This document shows, piece after piece, positions 24,009 through 37,586 of a DNA stretch of 64,000 bases. This stretch comes from Phoronis australis. Its lineage: Eukaryota > Animalia > Phoronida. The position numbers and the translations under genes were made by a program. Within the stretch, counting starts at the first letter, position 1. Each line of letters opens with the position of its first letter. The stretch lies in assembly GCA_002633005.1 (NCBI GenBank), contig NMRA01000182.1, forward strand, positions 195,077 through 259,076. Reading direction: 5' to 3'. The notes below the pieces were generated by a model. That model saw nothing but the letters and a program-made list of their open reading frames with translations. It was not told where the DNA came from and ran no database searches.

Positions 24009-26611
24009 TAACGAGAAATTAAGGATATTTTTTCCGTTTCGTTTCAGCGAAGCACTTCACAAAAAAGAAACCCACACCAATCTAATCAAAATTGATGTTC
24101 CTTCAACACGAATATTATTTTAAGAAATAAACATAGGTTAATCACGGAGGTGTTTTTATATCTTTAAGTCATTTTAATTTCTGGTGCGCACCAACAAATG
24201 ACAGCTGCAGTTGAATGAAACTTAACTGATGGAAGAGATGAATAAATATAGGGTTGTATTTTATGATTTTTTTACAGTTTAGTAGTATTTTTAGACTCTT
24301 GAAGCTCATTTTATGTTCTAATCGGTGAATGTAAAGGTTGGAGTGTCTTACAAATGCGCTTGGGTTCATCGCTACTGTCATTTCGATAATTACCTGACTT
24401 TTCATTCTCATCATAATGAGGTAAATCTTTTGATACGTGAACATTGCATTGACAATGTTCATCATCGATCACTTTATTGTAATTGTTTCAACATAGGCAA
24501 TCTTTTCAGAACCGTAGCGAAAGTGTTAGTTTATGTTTCGCGAAATGAAATACATCGCCATCGAATCTTCAGTGGTTATCGGGACTTATATGACACATAA
24601 TTTTGAGACAAGCCTTCTGTTATTGAGAAAACATAGCATGAAATTGATACAAAATTTCTATAAGTACACAGCTGAGTATGTTTTCTATTTTGACATCAAA
24701 AGACAAAAATATGGATTTTTAAAGGTTTGTGCAGCGTGGAGGAAGTGCCACCATGACGTTATTATCAACAAACAGTGTAACTGTTTGCTAAATAAACACA
24801 AAATAGTTGTGCCTGCAAACAAACCATTGTTTCTGGAGATGTCAAGCTGAATTTGAATAACTTCGATAACACAATTCGTCGAATTTTTGTCAAGCAAGAT
24901 TCCGTACCCAAATAATGCACAAGGTACGTAGTGTCACGATATACCTCTCCATAATAACACAGTTTAAGCTTGCTTCTTATGAAGAGGACACGCTTGCGAG
25001 CGTGATTTAGAAAATTAAAGATTCTAAACAGGCCCAGTGAATGCCCATAGCAATGTGAAGCTGAATATGACGACGACGATGACAACTCACTTATCAGTAG
25101 ATGTTATTTCCACGAAAAATAGTAGTCACAATGATATGTGCAGACTTTTATCTTTAACTAAAGCAGCGGCATCTTTTCTACAGTTGTGATGTATTCCAAA
25201 TTTTAATATTTTTTCAAGGATTGCTAATCAATTAAAATTCCAACAAAAGTGTGGTGTAAAGTTTCTATACACTCACATACACACACATTCAGTGAGAGGG
25301 ACCGATAAACAAAGAACTACGTAAATAATGAGCTTAGGGGGAAGGTTTTATTTCATCCAACAGCTGACGTCTGGAACAAAATGAATTTTCAACATTATAA
25401 AAGTGAAATGCTTCTTTTTGAACTTGGTAAAACATTATCAGGAATTATTCAGTTGTTAGTTGTAAAGAGGAAGTTTCCCAATGCACAAAAGAAGATTCAC
25501 AGTGTTAGCTTGTACCAAAGACTACGTCAAGGCAATTACAATTTGCCTATCTTGTGTATGACGCGATTCTTTAATCCATCAGTGTACTTCAGGACAAAAA
25601 GACGATACGAGATTACAACCCCAAAGAGACGTATCTGTTAAGCAAAGACTGTATAAATCAAAAAAGCCAATTTTAATTGTCGGGAATTGGAACCATGTAC
25701 ATTTTAATCTAAACCGGCCTTATAAATCACGCGTCGTGCATGTAAATATTGAATTCGATACGTCGATCAGATACGATGTCTTTTTTCTTTTTTAATATTA
25801 TTTCTATTGTTGCTTTCACATCATTATTACTTTGTTGGTACCATCTATAATATCGACATTTTGTAACATCTAAAATTTTGTGTGGTCTGGATGAAATTCG
25901 TTGAACGATAAACGGATTTTTTGAAAGTTAGTCGATCTTTCACTCAGCGTTCAAGCACGGGGAGCAGTAAATTCCCAGTTACGGTCCCAGAGCGTCGTTT
26001 CAATAATTCATAACATTGACATATCTGTACAAAAGCATGTAAATATACCAGTTCAACTCTGATGGCGGTCCAAACACTATCATGTCACTATGAAAGCAGA
26101 CGATAAGCAAATATAGCAAATGTAAAATGAGATGAGTAAATAATTGTAGTTACAGTGATAAGTGTTACTGACGGTGGTACGAGTGTATATACCGGTAGTT
26201 GCGCACATTAAAAACTGTTATATCATCGTCAGGAATTATTGGGGGGACGCTTGTCAATTAATTAGATCCATCCCGAGAGAGAACATTCGAGTTTAAAATA
26301 TACAGAAAACTCGTTCAGTAACTTTACGTAGGTTGTTGAACGAAACCACAGCCACATGTTGAAGATTTCTATATGCAAGTGTATGATGCCAGAGGATAGG
26401 ACTTTTGACTGTACGCACTGGGCGAGTTTCAGAATCTCGGAGAGGTTGTATGTGTATAGCAACCTTGCACGAGACACATTGCTTCACACCAGCAAAATTT
26501 CAAGAGGTTTTACAACAGACCATTTGACACTGAAATGACGCTACAGTTTAGCTTTGCAAGACCACAGTTTCGAAAAAAATGGCAACGGTCATTTAATAAT
26601 TAAGCTCATTA

Positions 26612-26748
26612 CTGTAATGTGTGGATCTACACGTGTGGTCTACGAGAAGTTGTGTCTGTAATGTGTGGATCTACACGTGTGGTCTACGAGAAGTTGTGTC
26701 TGTAATGTGTGGATCTACACGTGTGGTCTACGAGAAGTTGTGTCTGTA
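26612..26748. repeat. 44-bp perfect tandem repeat, 3 copies
   Basis: CTGTAATGTGTGGATCTACACGTGTGGTCTACGAGAAGTTGTGT at 26612, 26656 and 26700. Confidence 0.95.
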
Positions 26749-26800
26749 TCCGATCGAGTTCAGGCGCTTACGCGACATATACCTGCGAATCAAGGGTTTG

Positions 26801-28109
26801 TTTCACATCTAAACAACTTTTTATGTACCCTTCAGACTAAACGGAGACCAACGACCAATAAATTAAAGTTTTGGCACAAGTCTTCGTTTATAATTTGTGT
26901 TAGTAGCAAAAACGTCAGCAAGTTACGACATCGTAGTGAAACATGTCCCAGTCCCGAACGGCGAGCTACCACGGCTCATGTACGCACTGATGAACACGGC
27001 TCGCCGATCGCTAAACTTAGCTCACTGACTCACAAACTCCCCCGCATCCATAAAACACGCACGGCTAACGCGGCTCACTTTAGTACCCACATTATTAGCA
27101 ATGAGCTCCTGGTATAGCTCATTGTTATTAGGAATCACGTGCTCGATTCAGCCAGAGCTAAAGAAACTAGGTTCGTGATCCAACATTAAGCGAAAGTCAG
27201 TGAGCCCTGTTTACCGTCCATGGGTCCTTTTTACGATCGCGAGTAAAGTATTAGACCAATAAACTTATCACTGCATGCATGTGGAAGTCGATATAAAGTT
27301 ACAATAGGTTGGGAGCCTTAGAAAGCAGTGATTTTGCCGAGACATTTCAAATGTTACTGTAATAAATAAAAGACCGTCGTTGGCTCGTTTCAAACTCAAG
27401 ACGAATGAAATTAACTAATAAGTGCTAAACGGAGAAAAGAGAAAAACGAGTTACAAGAACTAGCAAATGAAGNTTTCACATCTAAACAACTATTTATGTA
27501 CCCTTAAGACTAAACGGAGACCAACGACCAATAAATTAAAGTTTTGGCACAAGTCTTCGTTTAGACTTTGTGTTAGTAGCAAAAAAGTCAGCAAGTTACG
27601 ACATCGTAGTGAAACATTTCCCAGTCCCGAACTACTCGAGCTACCACGGCTCATGTACGCAGATGAACACGGCTCGCCGATCGCTAAACTTATAGCTCAC
27701 TGACTCACAAACACCCCCGCATCCATAAAACACGCACGGCTAACGCGGCTCACTACCCACATTATTAGGAATCACGTGCTCGATTCAGCCAGAGCTAAAG
27801 AAACTAGGTTCGTGATCCAACATTAAGCGAAAGTCAGTGAGCCCTGTTTACCGTCCATGGGTCCTTTTTACGATCGCGAGTAAAGTATTAGACCAATAAA
27901 CTTATCACTGCATGTATGTGGAAGTCGATATAAAGTTACAATAGGTTGGGAGCCTTAGAAAGCAGTGATTTTGCCGAGACATTTCAAATGTTACTGTAAT
28001 AAATAAAAGACCGTCGTTGGCTCGTTTCAAACTCAAGACGAATGAAATTAACTAATAAGTGCTAAACGGAGAAAAGAGAAAAACGAGTTACAAGAACTAG
28101 CAAATGAAG
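26801..28109. repeat. Near-identical tandem duplication (~670 and ~635 bp) joined at a single N (27473)
   Basis: Both copies begin TTTCACATCTAAACAAC and end GAACTAGCAAATGAAG. They differ by a few SNPs and indels. Confidence 0.92.
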
Positions 28110-31000
28110 GGGCACACAACTGTTCCAAAGACGAAACCTTTTTACTGACAGCGTAAGATTCAGCAAGCTTAGAAGTCAGCTTTCAATTCACGCACAACAT
28201 GCATTGGAGCGGAGTGGGAGCGTGCAGGTTTTAATCAGCACTGGATACCGCCACAGATACTCTGTCGGAGACGATTCATTTTACTTTGACAACAGCTATC
28301 ATTACAAATATTGATGCATGTTACAAGAGTCGCAATGTTAAGAACTTCAATTACCTCATTTTCATCACGATGTCCTACAGTTCTTTACAATTCATATCGT
28401 ATTTTGTATGAGAGCACGCACCGTGACATGTTTAACCTCCGCTATTGATTTCCGATGCTAATATTGCAAAGCATCATCCCAGAAAATCATCACTACATGA
28501 ACAACAATCCATAAAAGAATATTATTACTTTATTTCCAACACCTCCATCCTTTTGACGCCAGACTCGAGTTAAGACAGGACAAGTTATACATAACACGCG
28601 CCACAGTACACGTGCATACAGTAAACATGAAATGGACCAGCACATCTTACGGGCCCACCCTATTGGCACGCTTGCCAAATCTCTTTATGATACCAAACAA
28701 AAAAATCCAGATATCAACAACACTAGTTTTGCTGATCAACAGCGTTAACAGAAACAACACACAAACACCACCTTTACGTGAATACATCATCAAAATCTCG
28801 AAACTCCAATATGGTAATGTGGTAAAAAGGAAGTTGGAAGTCTGTCAACTATTCCTCAACTAAACATTTACTCCATTGCAACATTGAAGGCAAACATGTG
28901 GTTTTTATCTTAAAAGGTTTATAAAACAGGGAGGAAGTGCCACCATGACGTCATTATCAACAAGCAAGACAACTGTTTACAGAATAAATGCAAAGAAGTA
29001 GTGTTTGCAAACAAACCATTGTGTTTGGAAATGTCAAGTCGAACTTGACTTACACCAGGAACACAACTTCTGGTATTAAATTTGATTTCTGTTCAGGGGA
29101 TTCCCTGATTGGACACGCCTATAAATGAATAAATTTTAAGTAGAATTTGTTAACTAGCCAATTCCTATAAGTGACAATACTTTGCATATTAAGTGACAAT
29201 ATTATCTTACTTAAGTACAATTCAACATTCCACCTAAGGTGTGTTAGCTTCACTGCAAATGTAACAACAAAGACAAAATACAGTAACAAAATACATTACG
29301 ACTAGGATAAAACAAAGCAATGACCAATTTTTGTTTCGAAAATATGAAATTTGAAAACTCTATACTTCATCAGCCAGGACAAAGTAAAACCATACCTTAG
29401 TATGTAAATCTATATTGGCTCCACGAAAAAAATCTTCACCTATACACCTTTACTTTCAGCAGAAACGGAATGTTTAAAAGGTACTTTAGGCTCATATAAA
29501 TGCCATCCCCAACATATAAAGCTATCTATTCAAAATGGATGTGCCTTTACAACAGCCCTACTTGAAAATGACACATACATATGAAGATATATGTGCACGT
29601 ATAGCACAATTCAAGTCATGACTGAAAGTTTGCACATAAAAACAACAGAAACAATAATTATTCTGAATACACAAATACATTGAAAACAAAATCCTCCATC
29701 CACGTCCTGGATGACTTCATCGCAGGCACATGTAGTTACCCGAAAGGGAGCGTGACGACAAGACTGACAGTTAAATACAAAGAACACAACTATTTATCAA
29801 TCGGTGGGATTATGTTCAAAATCATCAAGATCACTACCACCACAAACTGAGGTCATAAAGTAGGATTCGGATCACTGGCATACTATTCAAAATAAATCTC
29901 CATAGCAACCTTCAAGCCAAATGCAGCAGCAGTTAACCTCTCATTAATTCACAGACATTATTGTTCTGAGCCCAGATCTGAAGTCCATAATGGCAGTTAC
30001 TTTACATTGACTGAATTTCACCAATGAATTACACAACTAATATATGTTAATTAAGTAATATATGTTAATTAAGTAAATAGACAAGTACTGAACTTGGTTA
30101 ACAATGAAAGACAATATGAATAAATACTAGGAAAATAAATTTAGCGCTATCACCAGAATTCTAAATATTCTAAAATGGTTTAGACATGGCTGTGAACAAG
30201 ATTCCAAGAAACAAAATCGGTGCTTTTTGTCAGTCAACAAAATAATCTAAAATTTTTACAAACACCTCGAAATTTGAATGATGATGATGCTATGTCAGAC
30301 ACCCCAGTAAGAACATCAAGATAGTTACATAATGCAACAGTACACAATGATTTGACAGAAAGCATTGCATAGTTTTTCCACATGCACACAACATGTCTTA
30401 CTACCATGTTGAGTACACACAAAAAGACATGCAACAAAATACCATTTCCCTTCCCCCGTCATGACGTGTAATGAACCGTCACGAGGGGACATTCTAGTTA
30501 TCTTGATGGTGCATTCCACTTACACTCAGCAGTAATGACAGGAAATTATTTTTGGCATGTACTGTAAGGAAAATATTTTATTGCAAATAACGATGTGACT
30601 TATGGAAGTAGAACACTTACATTCAAGTGCCTGTGACTTTTTCAATGTCCGCATATGTATGCTGCTCACATCCAAACAAAAACATAATAATGACCCATTA
30701 CACACCACCACCTCAAAGAACCTACAGCTAAATAACAGTTCATTCGTCAACATGTTTGAAATAATTTTATGTAAAAGATAATTGCCTTTTCAGATCTCTT
30801 TCAAAAACCTCGTGTTAGGTTCTTCATGGTTTGTCACTCAGCTCTTGTTCTATTGCACTATCAAGACCAAATTAATTCTGTAAACCTAAAAATTGATGAA
30901 CCCGGTCAATGAGAAATCACTCACCAAGTCAGAGAACTTTTACAAAGACAAAACATTAATATGAAGAATTTTTAATATCTGACAACTCTTTAAAACGACA

Positions 31001-31928
31001 TTACTTTTCTAGCAATTCAACAATTTTTTCTAAAATCTCAACATCACTGAGACTATTTCCTTCACTCTTTGACTGGTCATTGAATTCTCTTTGTTTCAAA
31101 TCTTCCCATTCATTACTATTTTTGGTATCTAGTTCCTTTTTGTCCTCTATATATTTTTGTCTTTTTGATTCCAATCTCATCTTATCTTTCCCATCTAATG
31201 TCCACTGACCCTCTCCAGAAACCACTGAACTTTGACCCGGCTTATCATAAAATGACCTCTGACCCTGAGTGCTACCCTGACTCTCAGCCTTGGCCGCACT
31301 CTTGCTGCTAACATCCTTGCGAACAAATTCCTTCAGAACATCCCTAATATCGTCATCGCTCAGATGGGAAAGGCCAGTGACCTTCTTTGAACTGATCAAT
31401 TCCTTGACCTGCCTGAATAGGTTTGTAATGTCATCGTCATCATAATCACCATCATCATCATCACCGTCCAGTAACTCGGATATCACAGACGACATGGAGT
31501 CACCATCGCCATCACCCTCCTCACCATTACTGGACGACCCCCCTTTCCCATGTTTCTCCGCCACTGTCTCCTGACTAGTGCCACCTTTGTTTACAGCTGG
31601 TGCCTTCTTGATCTGTACTTCTTCAGACTTCTGTTGCTCCTTCTGCATAATAGTAGCCAGCGTGTGTTCGCCTGCCTTCTGAGCTGGTTTGGTCGCGTGA
31701 CCCTTCTCCTTAACCTCCTCCGGATCTCGACTGTCTGAATAGCCGTAGAGGATCAACTGCCACTCGTACACATGGCCATTATTGTCCGGCTCACCCTTGA
31801 ATGGACGATCGTGCACTTGCAGTTTCCATGTGCCACGAGGGTTCTCGCCCCACTTGTGCACGCTCATGAATGTGAACTTGAACTCACCATCAAACGAGTC
31901 CTTTGGTCGTAGAGACAGCATCTCAGAT
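31001..31928 (-). CDS. Proprotein convertase (S8B kexin family) last exon: end of P domain plus long hydrophilic C-tail
   Basis: FMSVHKWGENPRGTWKL..WQLILYG P-domain motif. cag acceptor at 31931-31929, stop at 31003-31001. Confidence 0.93.
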
Positions 31929-32886
31929 CTGAAAGAGGAGCATAAATAAGCTGCAGGCTTTCTATGATCTGCAAACGTATACTTAAGATAGTTAAAGGGG
32001 TATTTCACCATAGCATAGTGTCAATGTTGAATTCTACCGAAAATGCTTTGGGTGTTCTAAACATTATCTCACTCCTCCCAAACTGAATTCATCCCAACTA
32101 TGCTAGCAACTCAAGTTAGAGGCAACGTGTACAACATGCACTATTTCTGAATTCGCAATATTAGGGCTGGCCAAATACAAAAAATTTTGATGCATTATCT
32201 TGAGTAGCAGAAGTTACTGTTGACAAGGGACATTAAGGATATTGACACTGGTTTCATGAGCTTTACTGGCTTAATTTCTTTTCATTATTTGCAGCAAAAT
32301 GCTGAGGAAATGCAGTTATAATTTCAATATTTTTGTAAATTTCGGCTAAATGCACAAACTTGCCGAAAAGATCATACATAACCCTAATGGATTACCCAAA
32401 TTTCATTATAGAATTATACTTCAAGTGTACGGTAGTTCGATACCCTAAAGCACCACACCCAAGTTCAACCAGGTTCACACTTGGAAGAACATGCTTACAT
32501 TTTAGACAAATGCAGCACAACTGATGCTTCTTTATTTTCACCATACCCCTTAAATTGCTGGAAAATAAAATCCAGCAAAAAAGTTTGATGGAAGATAAAA
32601 ATCATTAGCACCACGGTTATAGTCACACATTTTCAGAACCAGTTTTCTCCACTCAATAATTGGCATCAAACTGGTTCTCAAAATCCAGGTCCCCTTCAAG
32701 CGACTATTGCCGGGAGTACCGACACGTGAACCTTTGTCAGACTCCTATTCCTTCACATAATAACCACTGGAATCGAGTCATGAAAATCACACAAAGAGCA
32801 ACATCAAATTCGCAACTCAACTCGAGTGGGAAACACAACTTGGAATTTGCATGCGGAGATCAAATCTTGGACACTGGGAAACTTAC

Positions 32887-33054
32887 GGAGTTCCAGCAGG
32901 GGAGATAAGTGTGATCTGTAAGGAGCCACGGCGAGAGTGTTTCATTCGCAACCATAACTGTACATGTTCCAAATGGTCAATGCGATGGTCCGAGTCGCGT
33001 TGACAGCCATCTGTTGTGTACTGTGAGGACACTGTGCCAGCACTATCGAGATCT
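32887..33054 (-). CDS. Proprotein convertase exon 10, P domain (HLEHVQL..HSRRGSLQITLISPAGTP)
   Basis: cag/gtaagt boundaries. LEHVQ and SPxGT motifs. Confidence 0.93.
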
Positions 33055-33808
33055 CTGCAACATACATGGGTCCAGGTTAAAACTGGAGGTAACTTCATTA
33101 TTGCCGACTGAAAACTAGCTAAAGTTTTAACTCAGATTCCTTACTCAGATCAAATTCAATGTTTCATTCTACATCAGTGACTGAATTACTAACAAAGTTA
33201 CACATCACATTGCAAAATGTTCTAATAACAAGGCTAAAACAATTAAGTTGCTTTTTAGTTGACGTTCTAGTCTGGAAACTCGCCATCTGCAAATCGGATT
33301 GTGAACAAGACCATTTAGTTATAAAAACGTTCATCTTAGATCAGCAACTAAGTCATTAACTAAAGCATGTGCCTAGTATTATGATTGAAGCCATATAGAC
33401 CACAATAGTCATGGTAAAAACAGCACCTTCATATAGAATAAATCTAGCCTGTGGCACAAAACTTAGCTGTACAAAGCATTCAGTGAGCTCTACCTGGCTC
33501 ATACTGTAGAATTAGAAAATTAACCACTCTAACCAGCTTCAAAAACAATGGTTGATATTTACTCATCATGAAAACCAAAAGAACAAACGATGCTCAAAAG
33601 GTCAGCAGAACCTTGTAGCTCCCTGCAGTGGGCAAATTCTTTTAATAATCTCAAGTCAAAGAGTGATCTACCAATAGTGCTGCCCCCTGTCGCTAACAAA
33701 GAAAACTAGACGACACTTCACTAAGAGCACACCGCCTGTTCAAGAAGGAATCAAGAAAACTTGAAGAAGGAATAGAGCACAAAACCTTCACACTAGCTAG
33801 CAACCTAC

Positions 33809-34030
33809 TTGTCAACTTTGACCATCTTGCCAACACATTTGTGCTGAGGAGGAACATTCTTCCAAGTCTGAGCCACTTCCACCATCTTGCCACAGTCCAT
33901 GGCGCCGAAGCCAAACTTGGGGTTCACATGTTTGTTGGCACCATTGATGATCCAACCAGGCTCGTCCTTATTGGGCACCTTGGCTGTGTTAACAATGATG
34001 TGTTGAGCATCTCTCCAAGTGATGTTAGGA
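33809..34030 (-). CDS. Proprotein convertase exon 9 (PNITWRDAQHII..WIINGA..VNPKFGFG..WKNVPPQHKC)
   Basis: tag/gtagg boundaries. Canonical PC motifs. Confidence 0.94.
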
Positions 34031-34995
34031 CTACAAAGGTCAAACAAATCTCAACATACTTATCCTGACACTGTGAAAGACATCACAAACCATGGTCTTC
34101 TAAATCAAAGTGATTGTGTTCTTAGTTTTTACTCAAACTGATCTGGTCACAATAAAATGGCTGGAGATTCTGTGAAGGCCATGCTGGTTTGGCAACTGAA
34201 ACTAACCCACCATGAATACTAACTTAGTAAGCCAGGTCTGAGACAATAACAAGCTGTTAGTACTTTTTAAGTCTAGAAATCTGCGCTCTAATATGATCAA
34301 GGAACAAGATGGGACTGATTTTACACAGGTTAATGTCCTAAACCAACAGGTATTTTTGATGGGTGTGTGAGTTTATTACACCTGGTCCATAAAGGATCAT
34401 CTCGGTAGGGTGCTAGCAAAATGACTTTTTAAATGTTTTGTCAAGTAACTTGACTGAGGGCTGGAAGGGCGCGACCACCTCAAGTTTGAGAAAGCCTGAA
34501 AACAGCTGCTTAAAAAACAGTACAAGACAAAATTTTTAGACAAAATGACAGGGGAATTGCTCATCATTGTCAGCGTAGTCCTCTCTTATGACAGATAAGT
34601 GTAATTAACAGCAAAGTGATTAAGTCGGTCTGCAATTAGAAATTTGCCAACCTAATAGTAATTCACAGTAACTTTTACTGTTCACAGAGTCAATTGTGAT
34701 GAGAAGAAAACGACATTTTGTCCGATTACTCTTGTTTTGTGCTGTATGTACCACCTACTACTAATCAACTTAGACGAATGATACCATTCTATAAGAACTT
34801 TCTGACTTGCAGAACTACACAATTAGCTAAATATTTCTAATTAGACATTACTTGTAGCAAATTGGTTTTCTAAATTGAGCTGTAAGGTTAGTGGTATAAA
34901 TGGACATAGACTCAAGCTATGGCTAAGACAAACCCCAAATACAGGCATATTTTACAAACACCATGCCTGCAACTGTTCCAGAGCCCTTTACTCAC

Positions 34996-35345
34996 TTGGC
35001 CTGCAAGGTCAAAGCCATACATCCCGCCGCAAGTGGCGCGGCACTTGACGTTCCCTGAAAGTTGAGCGTGCACCTGCCACCCACGTCCGTCGTAACCACC
35101 TTGAGGATGGGGTGCGTTTCCCGTCCAAGCTTGACATCGCCGTAGTCGTGGTAACCCCCAGTGTAGATCACAGCCAGTTGAGAGGGACAGCTCTCCGTGA
35201 AGTAGGTACTCTGAGCGTAGTTATTAATGGAACCAATAGCCAGGGTGTAGATACTGCCCACGTAGCCATCAGCATTACAACAGTCCCCAACCAGTCCTCC
35301 ATTTCCCGTTGCCCACATGAAAATCGAGCCCAGACCGTTGCGCCC
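34996..35345 (-). CDS. Proprotein convertase exon 8: oxyanion Asn (WATGNGG) and catalytic Ser (FQGTSSAAP)
   Basis: cag/gtgagt boundaries, 350 nt open frame. Confidence 0.95.
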
Positions 35346-36848
35346 CTGTAGTAAGCATAGAGCATAATCATATTAACCATCACTAAAAGGCACAGCACAG
35401 GCCACGGGTCAATTTGTCAAATCATCTTCATGGCTTCAAAATCAGAGGTCAAGTCATTTTCAAAGTCAACCAATACACTGGAGTAATTTTAAATTGTTGT
35501 GGCTTGATTATCACCACAGCTTGATCGAACAAGCACTGCTACTAAATAAATTTACACAAACTTTTGGAACCAAAACCAGAATCACTGAATTTTGGATGGT
35601 TTCTCAAAATGCACACACAGGCACCTGTGAAATTGGGTACAGGCACATAACCTGCTCAACTGAAATCATAAGTTATCCACTAGCTAAGAATTTTCATATT
35701 GATTTATTTTATGTTAGAGTGTGTTCTTGTATCGATATTTCCATTGTAGATATGCCCTTTAATTGTTAAACTCTTCCATCCTATAAGAACGGTGCGAGTG
35801 TGTACATGGAAGGTGTGCTACAGTCCTTCCCTGTACCCGGTTAGTTACATTTCATTGGCCTTTATATTTTGACTTTACACATATTCATTGATAATAGTTC
35901 TGTAAAGGCTAGATCTGAGGTGCCCAACCCCAGACTTACCTTACTATATTGCCCGGACAATAAATGTCAGCAATAATAGATTATAATCCGTATTCCTGAT
36001 ATTTTGATGGTGATTATCGCTCATCCAGTGGCCGAAAAAACATATTTCTTTCCATGTCGTAATAATTTTGATGTTTCACATAAATCTTGCTTTCTTGGAG
36101 AAGCAACAAAGATTGAAACATCCACCAAAACAGACTTACTTAATGTTATGGCCAGCCACTCGGCAGATAAATTTAATTTGCTAGCTTTGATGTATTTATT
36201 TTACATGTTTTATAAATGGCAATAAGTCCCGTCACAGCCAAGACCAGCACAGATAGACATCTTTGACAACACGCGCCTGATTAAATGTGTATGCAAGAGG
36301 AAAGACGTAGTCAGCATAACTGTCTAGCTCCAGNGTTAATGCATAGGAGTTTCTAGTTCAAGTTTGCCCTTGAAGACCCTTATATTCGTGCTACAATCTC
36401 GAGTAAAAACTCGAAATTTCGAGTTCAAACTCGAACTTATTGCTTTAATATTGGGTTTACAAACTGTGAACTAAGGGCAATAAATCATCTACGTAAGTTA
36501 TTGTATACTCGAGCATAGAATAATAGACACTTATCTTGAGTTCGCCCAAAAGTAGAGTAGAAAATGCCAAACCTAATTTCGAGTTCCATTTCGAGTAAAA
36601 AGATTGGAGACCGGGCCCAGAAACCATTTAACTGAGCCAACACTATGACACAACAAAGCTGGAGTTCAACCAGTCAATGAATTGGCTCAGTAAAATGTTA
36701 CACAGGGCCAAGACCATGACATAAATAATGCTACAAACAATGTCTTTCCCCTATGAAATAAGCATAACAAATTTCTGCTAAAATATGTTTGATGATGGCT
36801 CTATAGCAGACATACAAGCCAACCCTGGTACAAAATTGAATAACCCAC

Positions 36849-37021
36849 CTTTTCAGCTCCTTCTTTGAGTGCTGCAGAACAGTACTTATGGGGAGCCTCT
36901 AAAGTAGCTCCATTATCCCTAGGCCCCCAAGAGGCACTGAAGATCTGAATGTAGTGATTATTGAACAGCAATGCCTTGGCCTCCAAGGAGTCGGTAACAC
37001 GGCCATCCAGTATGCGAATAC
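36849..37021 (-). CDS. Proprotein convertase exon 7 (GIRILDGRVTDSLEA..SASWGPRDNG)
   Basis: aag/gtgggt boundaries. SASWGP motif. Confidence 0.93.
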
Positions 37022-37475
37022 CTTTTATGGAAAATGAAACAAAACTAAGTACGTAATAATAAGTCTAACCTATATGTTAATTAAGTATGTAATAATAGGT
37101 CAAACCTATGTGTTGCTTTTTTCTGAAATTAGATAACAATACTATTAAATTTTGAACAGTTTTGTAGACAGATTTAATTTTTTGAGACTTTCATTCCTTA
37201 ATTTCCTAAGACAGTTATCCAAAGATTCACAAGTTAAAGCTACAAGGTAGATCTTATGCAAATTAGCAACATCGAGGGAATTAGTGCACCAATTCTGTTG
37301 ATGTCATTGCGATCACAGTTGGAAGCCCGAATAATTGGAGACATCGTGCTGCTTTTTCTATTTCCACACATTATAGAACTTTTAGAAGTGCGATACAACT
37401 GACATCAAGATACTATCTGGCATAAGATCTAACAGGATAAAGTCCTGCAGTAAGTTCCTAATTAAGCAGTAATAC

Positions 37476-37564
37476 CTCCGATCTTTGCTTTGTATGCAAT
37501 CCCCACCCCACACACATCATTGTCGGCCTCGGCAGCAATCTCACCAGCACATTTGGTGCCATGG
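37476..37564 (-). CDS. Proprotein convertase exon 6: catalytic His ([29 protein letters not shown])
   Basis: tag/gtatt boundaries. HGTxCAGE motif. Confidence 0.94.
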
Positions 37565-37586
37565 CTAGGTAAAGGAGCAGAAAATC

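Noticed and set aside
26612-26748. Regular short direct repeats resembling a CRISPR array (also 6837-6988 and 50801-51072)
   Set aside because: Units are contiguous with no unique spacers, there are no cas genes, and the context is eukaryotic.
26665-27703. Paired ORFs of 150 and 78 aa with shared sequence
   Set aside because: They arise from the 44-bp repeat and the N-hinged duplication, and show no recognisable protein features.
31929-32011. N-terminal part of the 336-aa ORF
   Set aside because: Intronic read-through upstream of the cag acceptor at 31931-31929. The true frame joins from the 32887 exon.
36335-36620. TCGAG-rich segment ending in GGGCCCAG, resembling a Harbinger-type MITE end
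   Set aside because: The other terminus would fall at the N at 36334, so TIRs cannot be verified.
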